Counted from the stretch's first letter, positions 38,431 through 48,854 are shown. The stretch: DNA of 64,000 nucleotides from an uncultured Candidatus Saccharibacteria bacterium (GCA_964469225.1 CAYXYC010000001.1:27556-91555); one strand, 5' to 3'. Notes: generated from the sequence alone by a model not told the origin. Program-made: numbers and translations.

Positions 38431-38493
38431 AACAAAAAAGCCCTTTGATATTCAAGGGGCTTTTTTAGAGGGTGGATGATATACTTGTAATAT

Positions 38494-40896
38494 ATGGCAC
38501 CAAAAGAAGAGAAAAAACGACTTATTTTACTTGATACTCACGCGATTATTCATCGTGCATATCATGCCTTGCCAGAATTTATGAATTCAAAAGGTGAGCC
38601 AACTGGAGCAATTTACGGGCTCGCAACAATGTTGTTTAAAATAATTACAGAGTTATCTCCTGATTATATTATTGCTTGTTATGACTTACCTAAGAAAACA
38701 TTTCGTCACGAAGCGTACGAGGCCTACAAGGCGGGTAGAGCAAAGACAGACGAAGCTCTTGTTGCACAATTAATTCGTTCGCGTGAATTTTTTACTGCGC
38801 TTTCAATTCCTATGTATGAGTGTGAAGGATTTGAGGCGGATGATTTGCTAGGGACAATTGCTACACACATTGTTAAACACAATGAACCAATTGATGTCAT
38901 TATTGCCTCTGGCGATATGGACACACTACAACTTGTTGATGACGATAGGGTACGAGTTTATACCCTCAAAAAAGGAATTAATGACACAATTTTATATAAT
39001 GAGAAAAAGGTTATAGAGAGATTTGGTTTCCCCCCTCTATCATTACCAGACTACAAAGGTCTTCGTGGGGATCCATCGGACAACATTATTGGTATTAAGG
39101 GAATTGGCGAAAAAACAGCAACAACACTTATTCAATCATTTGGAACGATTGAAAAGATGTATGAGGCGATTCAAAAAAGCCCCGAAAGTGTTCGTGGTCT
39201 TGGTATCACAGAGCGTATTTTAAATTTACTAATTGAAGGTAAAGACGAAGCGCTATTTTCAAAAACACTCGCAACAATCAGAAAAGATGCACCTATTCAC
39301 TTTGTACCACCTGCTCGTCCTTGGTACGAAGAATTGCAAAAAGAAACAGTCGTGGAATTTTTCCATAAAATGGAGTTTAAAAGTTTGCAGTCACGGTTTT
39401 TAAATCTTTTGAACGGGACATCTTCTGTTGAAGAAAGGAATGATGATAATAATGATAAAGAGAACGAAGCGCTTTCCAAAGAAGAAGAGTTTATTCTTGA
39501 AAAATCCAAAATCGCGCTCTGGCTTCTTGATTCTGAAAAGACTGATCCGTCACGAGAAGATATTCGTGCCTATACAAAAACATCAGATATTAATGAATCA
39601 CTTCGGATTCTTGAAGTAAAAATTGAAGAACAAAAACTATCGTTTGTTTATAACGAAATAGAGATTCCGCTTATTCCGATTATTCATGAAATGGAAAATA
39701 TCGGTGTGGCGGTTGATACGAAATATCTCGCAAAACTTTCAAAAGATTATCATACTGAATTGTCTATTTTTGAAAAAGAAATTTGGAATTTGGCAGGCAA
39801 AGAATTCAATGTTAATTCCCCTAAACAACTAGGTGAGATTATTTTTGACGACCTCGGTCTTTCAGTAAAGGGCATGAAAAAATCCGCTGGTGGCGCGCGC
39901 TCTACGCGCGAGAGTGAACTTGAAAAATTGCGAGACCTTCATCCGATTATTCCGAAAATTCTTGAGTATCGTGAATTACAAAAACTACTCTCAACATATA
40001 TTGATACGCTTCCAGAAAATGTGGGGACTGATGGCAGGCTTCATGCGCGATTTGTGCAGACAGGAACAACAACCGGCAGATTCTCCTCTAATAATCCAAA
40101 CTTACAAAATATTCCGATTAAATCGGAGCGGGGGAAGAATATTCGGCGAGCATTCGTCGCCGAAAAAGGATTTATGCTCGCTTCGTTTGATTATTCCCAA
40201 ATTGAACTTCGTGTCGCAGCGCTCTTGTCGCAGGATGATTATTTCATCAAAGCATTTCGTGAGGGTAAAGATATTCATTCTGTTGTGGCAATGAAAGTAT
40301 TTGGTGTTAGTGAAAAAGAAGTGACTCACGACATGCGTCGTCGTGCGAAAGTAATTAATTTCGGTATTCTCTATGGCATGGGTGTTAATGCTCTCAGACA
40401 AAATCTTGGCAGTGACCGCAAGGAGGCGCAGGAGTTTTATGATAATTATTTTGCTCAATTTCCAACTATTGCTGATTATCTTGAAAGTATAAAAAATTTT
40501 GCTAAAAAAAATGGCTACACAGAAACACTCTTTGGTCGCAAGCGATATTTCCCGGGAATAAAATCCTCAATTCCATTTATGCGGGCAATGGCCGAGAGAA
40601 TGGCGACCAATGCACCGATTCAAGGTACAGCAACTGCTGATATTATAAAAATAGGCATGAAGCGCGCCCACGACGAACTTGAAAAAGCTGGTATTTTGGA
40701 AGATGTTCGTCTTGTTCTCCAGGTTCACGACGAATTAGTTTATGAAATTAAAGAAAGTGCCCTTTCTAAAGCACAGGAAATTATTGCACAAGCAATGAAA
40801 AATGCTATCCCATCTATGTTTTTGGCAAATCTTGAGCCCGTGCCACTTCAGGTGTCATCTGATTCTGGCCGGAATTGGGGTGAAATGAAAGAATAG
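38494..40896 (+). CDS. polA: DNA polymerase I (5'-3' exonuclease + family A polymerase domains)
   Basis: FEN-type N-terminus LILLDTHAIIHRAYHAL; pol A motifs RRAKVINFGILYGMG and QVHDELVYE. Confidence 0.9.
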   Translation: MAPKEEKKRLILLDTHAIIHRAYHALPEFMNSKGEPTGAIYGLATMLFKIITELSPDYIIACYDLPKKTFRHEAYEAYKAGRAKTDEALVAQLIRSREFFTALSIPMYECEGFEADDLLGTIATHIVKHNEPIDVIIASGDMDTLQLVDDDRVRVYTLKKGINDTILYNEKKVIERFGFPPLSLPDYKGLRGDPSDNIIGIKGIGEKTATTLIQSFGTIEKMYEAIQKSPESVRGLGITERILNLLIEGKDEALFSKTLATIRKDAPIHFVPPARPWYEELQKETVVEFFHKMEFKSLQSRFLNLLNGTSSVEERNDDNNDKENEALSKEEEFILEKSKIALWLLDSEKTDPSREDIRAYTKTSDINESLRILEVKIEEQKLSFVYNEIEIPLIPIIHEMENIGVAVDTKYLAKLSKDYHTELSIFEKEIWNLAGKEFNVNSPKQLGEIIFDDLGLSVKGMKKSAGGARSTRESELEKLRDLHPIIPKILEYRELQKLLSTYIDTLPENVGTDGRLHARFVQTGTTTGRFSSNNPNLQNIPIKSERGKNIRRAFVAEKGFMLASFDYSQIELRVAALLSQDDYFIKAFREGKDIHSVVAMKVFGVSEKEVTHDMRRRAKVINFGILYGMGVNALRQNLGSDRKEAQEFYDNYFAQFPTIADYLESIKNFAKKNGYTETLFGRKRYFPGIKSSIPFMRAMAERMATNAPIQGTATADIIKIGMKRAHDELEKAGILEDVRLVLQVHDELVYEIKESALSKAQEIIAQAMKNAIPSMFLANLEPVPLQVSSDSGRNWGEMKE

Positions 40897-40911
40897 CCAA
40901 AGGTTATATTT

Positions 40912-41430
40912 GTGTTACGATACATCTATATGAACAATCTTGAACAGGTAAAAAAAGACAGTATAAATCTTGCTGGTGGGGCGGTGCATTTTGTGCTCTC
41001 TCATTCATATATAATGTTTCTCGTAGCAATTGTTGTTGGGATAATTCTTCAAATGTTTGTTCCGATTACTTTGTTTGGCAATGGAATTTCATCGTATGTT
41101 GGACTCGGGATGATTATTCTAGGGTCAATGCTAATTTATTGGGCACAATCATCATCACACCAAAGTGAGGCTAGAATGAGAAAAGAGGGAACCCCCCGAG
41201 TTTTTGATCATGGTCCATACAAGTACAGCCGAAACCCAACTCACATTGGTTTATCAGTTATGACAATTGGACTTGGAGTAGTACTTAATTCATTTTTTAT
41301 TTTTATTTTACTTATCATTGCTTCGCTAATTTCAAAATTCATTTTCTTAAAAAAGGAAGAAGCAATTCTCGAAGAAAAATACGGTGAGCCATATCGAGAA
41401 TACAAGCAAAAGGTTCACACATGGGTATGA
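40912..41430 (+). CDS. isoprenylcysteine carboxyl methyltransferase / phospholipid methyltransferase family membrane protein
   Basis: Multi-TM; HGPYKYSRNPTHIG motif typical of the ICMT/PEMT family. Confidence 0.6.
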   Translation: MLRYIYMNNLEQVKKDSINLAGGAVHFVLSHSYIMFLVAIVVGIILQMFVPITLFGNGISSYVGLGMIILGSMLIYWAQSSSHQSEARMRKEGTPRVFDHGPYKYSRNPTHIGLSVMTIGLGVVLNSFFIFILLIIASLISKFIFLKKEEAILEEKYGEPYREYKQKVHTWV

Positions 41431-41567
41431 TCCCGCCTGAGACCCTGCCTTTGCCGGCAGGCGCGGTCACGGTTTACTAAATACGGGTACACATATAATT
41501 ATTTACTTATTTTTATAGCACAGTAGAACGGTTCACTACATACGGACCGCGACCTGTCTCTAACAGG

Positions 41568-42203
41568 ATGATATATATTCTTGCTGGTACTGACACAAAA
41601 AAGAAAAACAAAGAAGAGCAATCGCTTGTAGGCAATCGCGAGCGTATTGCGCTATCGCTATCACTTGTATCAAAACAGGCGCTTGAAGAATATGCGTCAT
41701 CAAAAAGTTTGTTTGGCGAATCACCAGTTGTTGTGCTTGAAAATATATTTGCCGAGACCGACTTTTTTGCAAATGCGAAAGACCTAGAAATGCTCGCCGA
41801 ATCAGAAACACTTTTTATTTTTAACGAAGATTCATTCCTCGTTTCTGCCGAAAAGAAATATCAAAAATATGCAAAAACAATTCGCTTTGATTCTGTAAAA
41901 GAAAAAAATGCACCCAAAATTGATCCATTTAAGGTTGCAAATCTTTTTGCCAAGAGAGACAAAATTGGTGCATGGACGGCACTTGTTGAATCACTAGAAG
42001 CCGGCACTCCACCAGAATCAATATCAGGAACTCTTTTTTGGAAAATTAAAACAATGATTCTCTCGGGTGCGCGTACATTCTCTCGTGAAGAGCTTGTTGG
42101 ATTTTCATCTCTTCTAGTTGCTCTGTATCACGATGCACACAGTGGAAAACAAGATTTTGCTATTGGACTTGAAAAATTTGTTCTCTCAACTCTTGCGAAA
42201 TAA
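41568..42203 (+). CDS. hypothetical protein (weak resemblance to DNA polymerase III delta subunit)
   Basis: 211-aa ORF; pattern-level similarity only. Confidence 0.3.
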   Translation: MIYILAGTDTKKKNKEEQSLVGNRERIALSLSLVSKQALEEYASSKSLFGESPVVVLENIFAETDFFANAKDLEMLAESETLFIFNEDSFLVSAEKKYQKYAKTIRFDSVKEKNAPKIDPFKVANLFAKRDKIGAWTALVESLEAGTPPESISGTLFWKIKTMILSGARTFSREELVGFSSLLVALYHDAHSGKQDFAIGLEKFVLSTLAK

Positions 42204-42683
42204 TTACGGACGAAGAATACGGAATAACGCTATTCCGGTTGCAACAGAAACATTGAGCGATTCTTTTTTTCCGTGCATTGGTATTTCAGCAATAATGTCG
42301 CACATATTTAAAATAGGCTTCGAAATACCTTCAACCTCTCTACCTATGATAAACACCATTTTATTTTGTGTTTTTATTTTTCGATAATCAATCGCGCGAG
42401 TGTCTTGTTCAAGTGCAATGATGGTAAATCCTTCTTTTTTGAGCGTGCGAAGAAATGGAGTGGTTGTCTTTTTGTATTCCCATGGAATTGTCTTTTCGGC
42501 ACCAAGCGCACTTTTAGCAATATCTTTTTGAATACGATTAAATTTGTCTGTTGGACGGGGCGTGTATCCAGTAAGATATATTTTTGAAATACCCACAGCA
42601 TCAGCAGTACGGAATATTGCCCCGACATTCACCGCACTGCGAATATCAGGGAGGACAAGAATTGATTCTGTTTTTTTATTCAT
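42204..42683 (-). CDS. SpoU-family RNA 2'-O-methyltransferase (TrmL-like)
   Basis: SpoU motifs ...NVGAIFRTADAVG..., ...IIGREVEGIS..., ...NVSVATGIALF... Confidence 0.7.
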   Translation of the reverse strand: MNKKTESILVLPDIRSAVNVGAIFRTADAVGISKIYLTGYTPRPTDKFNRIQKDIAKSALGAEKTIPWEYKKTTTPFLRTLKKEGFTIIALEQDTRAIDYRKIKTQNKMVFIIGREVEGISKPILNMCDIIAEIPMHGKKESLNVSVATGIALFRILRP

Positions 42684-42687
42684 GTTG

Positions 42688-42760
42688 TGCGCCCGGTAGG
42701 AATCGAACCTACGACCATCTCCTTAAAAGGGAGCTGCTCTACCGACTGAGCTACGAGGGC
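42688..42760 (-). tRNA. tRNA-Lys (anticodon TTT)
   Basis: Reverse complement GCCCTCGTAGCTCAGTCGGTAGAGCAGCTCCCTTTTAAGGAGATGGTCGTAGGTTCGATTCCTACCGGGCGCA folds as a cloverleaf with anticodon loop CTTTTAA; no encoded CCA. Confidence 0.8.
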
Positions 42761-43059
42761 ATTGGGGTTCTCAAAAAATACCATATTATATAAAGAAAAT
42801 CAATTTATCCACACATTGGCTTTGCGGGAGGGGTTTATTGGGGTGTATACTATAAGTAAGTTAGTCGTAACCGTTTCAAATCTCACCCAGATAGAGGGGT
42901 AATAATAGGAAACAGGAATACACACCATTAGTTCATTATGTGTGTCATCGTCATTATTTAATGATACACCGTTCTTTCGTTTTTAAATAGGCAAAGGCCT
43001 AGGAGCAAGTTCTCGAATATCGAGAGTTCACTCCTGGGCCTTTTCTTTTTGCCAATTTA

Positions 43060-43260
43060 TTAGTTTCCAATTAAATCAGTTGGTCCATATACTTGCCCTG
43101 GATTTTCTGTGTCTGTATATGGTTTTATAAATGGACGATCGGAACTACTGTTTTCCTGACCGCCAGTAAGAAGCCATAAGAAAAAAAGCACACCAAGAAA
43201 GATAAGAAGCAATTTACCTAATTCCATATTTTCTAAAAAATTTCCTCCTCCGTGTCCCAT
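43060..43260 (-). CDS. small membrane protein
   Basis: 66 aa with one hydrophobic helix LLLIFLGVLFFLWLL. Confidence 0.35.
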   Translation of the reverse strand: MGHGGGNFLENMELGKLLLIFLGVLFFLWLLTGGQENSSSDRPFIKPYTDTENPGQVYGPTDLIGN

Positions 43261-43275
43261 ATAATTATTTTAAAA

Positions 43276-44247
43276 TTATTTGAATAATAGTTGATGAACA
43301 GAGCAGAAATGCGCGCTCCGTCCATCAATGACTTTTCGTAGTATAACACCTTTGCACTGTGTCTCGCCACGGCGTGGGCCTCGCTTGCCACAAGGTTCTT
43401 TTGTTTTGCGATACGCATTATGATGTAGCTGGAATTGTCCCCGTTTTCCATTTATGTCTCTATAATCAGACATTGAGTCTCCACCAAAATCTATACCTTT
43501 TGCAAGAACATTTAGCACTCCCTCATAGAGTGCTTTTTGTTTGGCGAGGGGGATGTGAGCCATTTTAGATTCTGGGTGAATACAAGCGAGCCAGAGCGCT
43601 TCGTCAGAATAGATGTTGCCAATACCAGCAATATTTGTCTGATCCATAAGTGCCGTTTTGATCGCCTTATTTGGTTTTCGTAATAATCGCGCTCGGAAGA
43701 TTTCAAAAGTGAAATTTTTGTCGAGTGGCTCAGGACCTAGACCTTCTAGGTGTGTCGTTTCGTGTGCAGTATCGGTATCGAGCAATGTCACCTTGCCGAA
43801 TTTTCTTGAATCACAAAATGCGAGGTGTTTGCCATTCGAAAGTGTGAATACGACATGAATAAATCTATTGAATGGGTCGTGGAATGCTTCGCGTTCGTCA
43901 GGTGCTGGTGTCCACTTATTTTCTTTTTTATTAAATACATAGTTTCCGTAGAGTAGGTGACCGGTCATTTTCAAGTGAACGAGAATTGTTCTTGCCCGTC
44001 CAGATTTATCTGCTTTAGAGTAGAGATTAATCAAAATATTTTTTGCTCGGCGTTCAACATTTTTCACCTTTGCCCCAACAATTTCCTTTTTGAATTTTTT
44101 ATAAAAAACCTCATCTTTGATTGTCTCGCGGAATTGTTTGATTGGATTTTTTCGTGCGAGGTCAGTCCAGACATCAGTAAAAGAAAGTCCAGGCAGGACT
44201 TTCTGTAAGCCGTTTACAGTTGTTGTAACTTCCGGTAGTTCAGGCAT
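43276..44247 (-). CDS. mutM: formamidopyrimidine-DNA glycosylase / endonuclease VIII family (Fpg/Nei)
   Basis: N-terminal MPELPEV (catalytic Pro2/Glu3), C-terminal zinc-finger cysteines. Confidence 0.8.
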   Translation of the reverse strand: MPELPEVTTTVNGLQKVLPGLSFTDVWTDLARKNPIKQFRETIKDEVFYKKFKKEIVGAKVKNVERRAKNILINLYSKADKSGRARTILVHLKMTGHLLYGNYVFNKKENKWTPAPDEREAFHDPFNRFIHVVFTLSNGKHLAFCDSRKFGKVTLLDTDTAHETTHLEGLGPEPLDKNFTFEIFRARLLRKPNKAIKTALMDQTNIAGIGNIYSDEALWLACIHPESKMAHIPLAKQKALYEGVLNVLAKGIDFGGDSMSDYRDINGKRGQFQLHHNAYRKTKEPCGKRGPRRGETQCKGVILRKVIDGRSAHFCSVHQLLFK

Positions 44248-44248
44248 A

Positions 44249-44827
44249 TTATTTCCCTCCTAAAATTTTGAGTGCTTCTTTGATGCGGGCATTTGTTCCT
44301 TCGACAGAAGGGGATATTTGTTTTAGTGCGTCACGAGCTTCGTTTTGTGAATAGCCGAGTGCTTTGAGTGCTTCGATAATATCACTTTCTTCTCGAAGCA
44401 CACCAGGTGTGTGACTGCCACCAGTATGTGCTTTTAATTTATCACGAAGTTCTAGGACTATTTTGTCTGCTGTTTTTCTACCAATGCCAGAAACTTTATT
44501 TAGATAACTTGTATCACCAGTTGCAATGGCTTTCTTTAGGGTATCGAGTGAGGCGACGGTGAGTATTGAGAGGGCAGATTTTGGTCCAATACCAGAGACA
44601 TCAAGGAGAAGTTCAAAGAATGACAATTCATCTATTGTAGGGAATCCATAGAGGTCGAGAGAATTTTCACGGACAGCTGTGTATGTCCAAAGTGCGACTG
44701 TGTCACCCATGCCGTATGCCCCCATGGTGTCAGTTGTGATAAATACTTTATATCCAACACCACTAACATCAATGACAAAAAACTTATCAGTCGTGTAAAT
44801 AATAGTGCCTTCAATTCGTGAAATCAT
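44249..44827 (-). CDS. ruvA: Holliday junction DNA helicase RuvA
   Basis: MISRIEGTIIYTTDKFFVIDVSGVGYKV N-terminal OB domain, HhH motifs, C-terminal domain III. Confidence 0.85.
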   Translation of the reverse strand: MISRIEGTIIYTTDKFFVIDVSGVGYKVFITTDTMGAYGMGDTVALWTYTAVRENSLDLYGFPTIDELSFFELLLDVSGIGPKSALSILTVASLDTLKKAIATGDTSYLNKVSGIGRKTADKIVLELRDKLKAHTGGSHTPGVLREESDIIEALKALGYSQNEARDALKQISPSVEGTNARIKEALKILGGK

Positions 44828-44984
44828 GTGTATAGTATACTCGTTTTTTGATAATTTTGAGAGCGTTTACTTTTGTGATTTTTTCTGGTATTATAACCCT
44901 GTTCGGTTCTGCCGTGTCTCGGCGTTTCTGAATTACAAAATCCTGTTTAAAAATGTAGATTTATAAAATTAAAAATTTTACCTT

Positions 44985-45239
44985 ATGCCAATTACACAAT
45001 CAGCAAAAAAGGCGCTTCGTGGCTCGCTTCGAAAGAAAGCAGTCAATGACCGCCGAAAGAAGATAATGAAGGATTCAATCAAGAAGATTGAAAAACTCGT
45101 CAAAGAAAAGAAAAAAGATGAAGCAAAGAAACTTCTCTCGTCTACATACAGTACAATCGACAAAGCAGCGAAGAAGGGTATTATAAAGAAAAACAATGCT
45201 TCTCGCAAAAAATCTCGTCTTTCAAAAATCACAAAGTAA
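44985..45239 (+). CDS. rpsT: 30S ribosomal protein S20
   Basis: MPITQSAKKALRGSLRKKAVNDRRK... K/R-rich 84 aa matching the S20 pattern; followed by an intrinsic terminator at 45243-45275. Confidence 0.85.
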   Translation: MPITQSAKKALRGSLRKKAVNDRRKKIMKDSIKKIEKLVKEKKKDEAKKLLSSTYSTIDKAAKKGIIKKNNASRKKSRLSKITK

Positions 45240-45299
45240 TCAAAACCCCGACCAATGTCGGGGTTTTGATTTGTGTTTATTGCGTGGCATAATCAATAT

Positions 45300-45572
45300 A
45301 TGAAACAAGGAGAACTGTTTTTCTTTTACGGCGAAGAATGCCCGCACTGTAAAAAAATGGAGGCGTATGTTGACCAACTTATTGGGGAAGGTTTTCTGAT
45401 ACAGAAAGTTGAATGTTGGCACAACAAGGCAAATGAAGAAATGTTTGTTGAAATGGATTGCGAGGATGAACCATGCGGTGGAGTGCCTTTTTTTGTAAAC
45501 AAAAAGACCAAGAAAACAGTTTGTGGGGAAGTGTCATACGAAGAACTTAAAGCATGGGCAGGAGGTGAATAA
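45300..45572 (+). CDS. thioredoxin-fold CxxC protein (glutaredoxin/thioredoxin-like)
   Basis: FFFYGEECPHCKKM CxxC motif; start at MKQGELF (the ORF track starts at 45273). Confidence 0.6.
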   Translation: MKQGELFFFYGEECPHCKKMEAYVDQLIGEGFLIQKVECWHNKANEEMFVEMDCEDEPCGGVPFFVNKKTKKTVCGEVSYEELKAWAGGE

Positions 45573-45619
45573 TGTGTTGCGAAATGGGTTTGCATAGTGT
45601 AGATTGTGTTGGTGTAATT

Positions 45620-45691
45620 GGTCCCGTCGTTCAATGGATAGGACGTAACTTTGCGGAAGTTATGATGCAGGTTCGATTCCTGCCGGGATCA
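45620..45691 (+). tRNA. tRNA-Arg (anticodon GCG as read)
   Basis: GGTCCCG acceptor / GTTC D-stem / TAACT-TTGCGGA-AGTTA anticodon arm (G37) / GCAGG-TTCGATT-CCTGC T-arm / CGGGATC-A. Its 3' 15 nt are repeated 4.1 kb downstream. Confidence 0.7.
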
Positions 45692-47180
45692 CCCCATAGG
45701 AATTAGAGGTCAGAAATGTCTCTTTTACTTTGAAAAGACTACATATTTCTGCGGTTCGAAATTTTTCTCCGTCAAAGGTGATACCTTTTGGAAAATCGAA
45801 CCACTGTAACTGAATTTTTTCATTCGGTTCTGCTAAAGCCCATGTATTACCAGGGTTTTTTAGGAAGTCGGCAATAAAATCGAGCATGGCTTCAATCCCA
45901 ACAAATTCCTGTGACGAACCTGTTATGGCCGCATTTGCTTTCAGCAGTTCTGATTCTATATACCCCAATTGTTCACGCAAAATACTATCGGTAATTACTC
46001 CGTCAAGGTTTTTCTGAATGAGTATTCTTTGTTTTTGCTTCAGGTTGCTGATATGTTGTTCAAGTTGCTTCGATTCCTTTTGCTCGGTTTCCTGTTCCCC
46101 GATGAGGTGTTTTTTAATAAGTTTGTAGAACTTGTCATAATGCTTGTCATTCAGACTAAACTTGTTTAAAAAACTTTTAAATTCATTCTCGAATGTTTCT
46201 TTTCTAAAGTTAGCAAATTTGATATGTAGGAAACGGTAATATGGATACATGGTGCTTCTGCCTTTAGCCCAACAACCCGTCAACTTGGTGCCTGTTGAAT
46301 GACTAACAAATCGCCTTAATGGAAAGTCAGGGTGTTCGGTCAGATACTTGAAATTTCTACGGGTACGATGTTTGACTACTTGCTGTACCTGTTCGAATAA
46401 TTCCTCAGAGATAATTGGTTCATACAATCCTTTGTGCCGTTCTCCAAACTTCACTATCCATCCGGCATAAACTTCATTTCTGAGCATCATATAGAAATAT
46501 GATTTAACAATAGGCTTGCCGTTTCTGCTTTTTAATTCTTCTCGTATGGCCCATCTGTATATTTCTTCCACTGGAACGATATTTTGGGCGACTTGCTTAA
46601 ACACTTTTCGGACAAGTGGAGCAGTATCATTAGGAGCAATAGTAGCCTTGCCGTTAATCCTGCGGATATTGTCATATCCCACCGGGGCCATCCATACATA
46701 GCGACCTTCGCGCATTGCATCTTTCATTCCTTCAGAACATCGTTCAGCTCGTACCTCGTTATCAAACTGTCCGATACTGGAAATCATATTTTCCATTAAT
46801 CGGCCTGCCGGAGTATCTTCAATATGTTCAGTAGCAGATTCAACACCGACTCCATAGTTTTTTAAAATAATTTTCAAATGCCCATAGTCGTAATTCTGTC
46901 GTGAAAAACGGTCAATCTTATAAAAAATCACTGCACTGATGCGGTTTTTTGACAATGCACAATAATGAAGCAACCGTTGTAGTTCTGTACGGTTTTGAGT
47001 CTTGGCACTTTCTCCCTTTTCAAGAAAAATCTCAGCCACGTCATATCCATTTTTGAGAGCATATTCTTTACAAATACGTTCCTGCGAACTGAGACTATTC
47101 CCGTCATCAACTTGCTCCTTTGTCGATAGCCGGACACGATTTTTACATCCTGTCCGGTTTTTTATATACCCACAATTCAT
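45660..47180 (-). CDS. large serine recombinase (integrase) of the integrated element
   Basis: Catalytic-domain motifs RVRLSTKEQ (Ser nucleophile), SLSSQERICKEYALKNGY, ...IFYKIDRFSRQ, followed by recombinase and coiled-coil regions. The last 11 codons (…VIPAGIEPAS) are encoded by the complement of the tRNA-Arg 3' end. Confidence 0.8.
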   Translation of the reverse strand: MNCGYIKNRTGCKNRVRLSTKEQVDDGNSLSSQERICKEYALKNGYDVAEIFLEKGESAKTQNRTELQRLLHYCALSKNRISAVIFYKIDRFSRQNYDYGHLKIILKNYGVGVESATEHIEDTPAGRLMENMISSIGQFDNEVRAERCSEGMKDAMREGRYVWMAPVGYDNIRRINGKATIAPNDTAPLVRKVFKQVAQNIVPVEEIYRWAIREELKSRNGKPIVKSYFYMMLRNEVYAGWIVKFGERHKGLYEPIISEELFEQVQQVVKHRTRRNFKYLTEHPDFPLRRFVSHSTGTKLTGCWAKGRSTMYPYYRFLHIKFANFRKETFENEFKSFLNKFSLNDKHYDKFYKLIKKHLIGEQETEQKESKQLEQHISNLKQKQRILIQKNLDGVITDSILREQLGYIESELLKANAAITGSSQEFVGIEAMLDFIADFLKNPGNTWALAEPNEKIQLQWFDFPKGITFDGEKFRTAEICSLFKVKETFLTSNSYGVIPAGIEPAS

Positions 47181-47644
47181 CCAACCACGTATTATTAACT
47201 GTAAAATCACATTCAAAGAGAGCACTACTAGAGCGCAACATTTCATTTACAGGACAATCTTAAATAATACGATATGGTAAAACACACAATAGATATACTA
47301 CGGGACAAATAAAAAGAGGGGCCAACCCGTAGATTGAACCCCACCTTTGTAAAATTTTGCATTTACTTGAATCAAAGGAACTTGTAAATCCGATTCGTGT
47401 AAATTTTATCAAAGTAAAGCAATTCTTGCAAATTATCCAATAGGTGGGTTCAGATATGGCAGGGTTCCCTGCGGATGATCGTTCTTAGAGAGCGACCACC
47501 ATCCCATATTGCAAAGCTTCTTTTCTCAGAGTGCTTTCCGGCACCCTGTGTGTCATCAGTATTTCTGATACTGGTGGCGTGCGATGTAACCTGTCAGTCG
47601 GTATTTCAGTTCAGATTTTTAACAAATTTTTAAATAGTAATTAA

Positions 47645-48502
47645 ATGAAAAATAAAAATAAATTTTCAGATCAAATTAGTAAAGCTATCGGCACGATTAA
47701 GGAGTGCCTTAGGAAAATGACTGCCGAAGCTATTTACCTTGGTCAGCAACCGTTAGAAAATGCTGACCATACCATCTCCCTTGCTGATCGTGTAATGCCC
47801 ATTACCCGTATGGCGGAAATGCTCATTGCCGACATTGCACTTCTTCTTAATCCAAAACACGATAAAGCAGAACACAAGGTACTGCATATCCAGGCAAAAA
47901 TTATTGAGGATACACTGGACGAAAAAATCATTGAGGAAGAGAAACGTCTTAATTTGGAGGGGCGTGAAAAAAGTGATTTACTCAAACCCGGATTATTTTG
48001 CCTGTTATGGCTTGTATCAGCGGTAGCTTTGTATTGGGGTGAAGCACGCTTCCTAACCGATTCACTACAAGTTGTTGCAACGACTCGGGCAGATGCGCTA
48101 ACCTATGCAGTTGGGATTTGCATGGCTCTTATAATCATCAGTCATGGAGTACCAATGTTTATCAATATTTATCTTTCGAAACCATGGATTAGAAGAATTA
48201 GCCGTGTTTTTTTATTCCTGTTTGTCGTTGGAATATTTTATGGTCTGGGGTATTGGAGAAGTAAATATTTACATGATATGGGAAAGTCAGCCCCACCACC
48301 ATGGCAGTTTGCCATTTTTAATCTCGGATTTTTCATTGCCTTCTATACCGTAGCTGAACTGCTTCTTCTTCCGTACGCACCAGCCCTCTGGTCAGCTTGC
48401 AAGAAGTTTTGGATACGGTTACGAAAAGAATGGTTCGCAAGGCGAAAAGTAAAAGCAAAAAACAGTGTGGTTATAATACCTGAAAATTTAATCCAGAAAT
48501 AG
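47645..48502 (+). CDS. cargo membrane protein: N-terminal soluble domain plus C-terminal predicted 4-TM domain
   Basis: 285 aa; hydrophobic helices LFCLLWLVSAVALYW, VGICMALIIISHGVPMFINIYL, VFLFLFVVGIFYGLGYW, FAIFNLGFFIAFYTVAELLLL; no recognised family. Confidence 0.45.
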   Translation: MKNKNKFSDQISKAIGTIKECLRKMTAEAIYLGQQPLENADHTISLADRVMPITRMAEMLIADIALLLNPKHDKAEHKVLHIQAKIIEDTLDEKIIEEEKRLNLEGREKSDLLKPGLFCLLWLVSAVALYWGEARFLTDSLQVVATTRADALTYAVGICMALIIISHGVPMFINIYLSKPWIRRISRVFLFLFVVGIFYGLGYWRSKYLHDMGKSAPPPWQFAIFNLGFFIAFYTVAELLLLPYAPALWSACKKFWIRLRKEWFARRKVKAKNSVVIIPENLIQK

Positions 48503-48854
48503 ATTACAATGCCACAATTGCATCATAAATAGGATTTTTTAAAACCAAGGTTGCAAAGTTACAAAAAATCACTTTCTATCAATTAACCATTTTGTCCGAT
48601 GAATTAATACTATCGTTTAAATAGTCATATTGATAGTTGAATAATATTCTTACTTTTTTACACATTTCACTGCTTTTCAGTATAATATGTGGATAAAATG
48701 TTTTAACTTTCAAGAAAATTTCAATGAATATTCAATTGATTAAATTATATAAAAAAACAGGGCAAGCTTGCAGGCTTAACCCTGTTTATAATTTAATCAG
48801 GACTGACCAAGAGTCCTGTATTCACAATACCAAATATACCATGATTCCTCAGTT

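Noticed and set aside
41431-41475. GC-rich hairpin (cctgcc-tttgcc-ggcagg) after the ICMT-family gene
   Set aside because: Position and form are consistent with an ordinary transcription terminator; nothing further supports an ncRNA.
42584-42793. 69-aa plus-strand ORF
   Set aside because: Overlaps tRNA-Lys on the opposite strand and the start of the SpoU methyltransferase gene; spurious.
45326-45634. 102-aa minus-strand ORF opposite the thioredoxin-fold gene
   Set aside because: Antisense overlap with a motif-supported CxxC protein and with the tRNA-Arg 5' flank; no start context.
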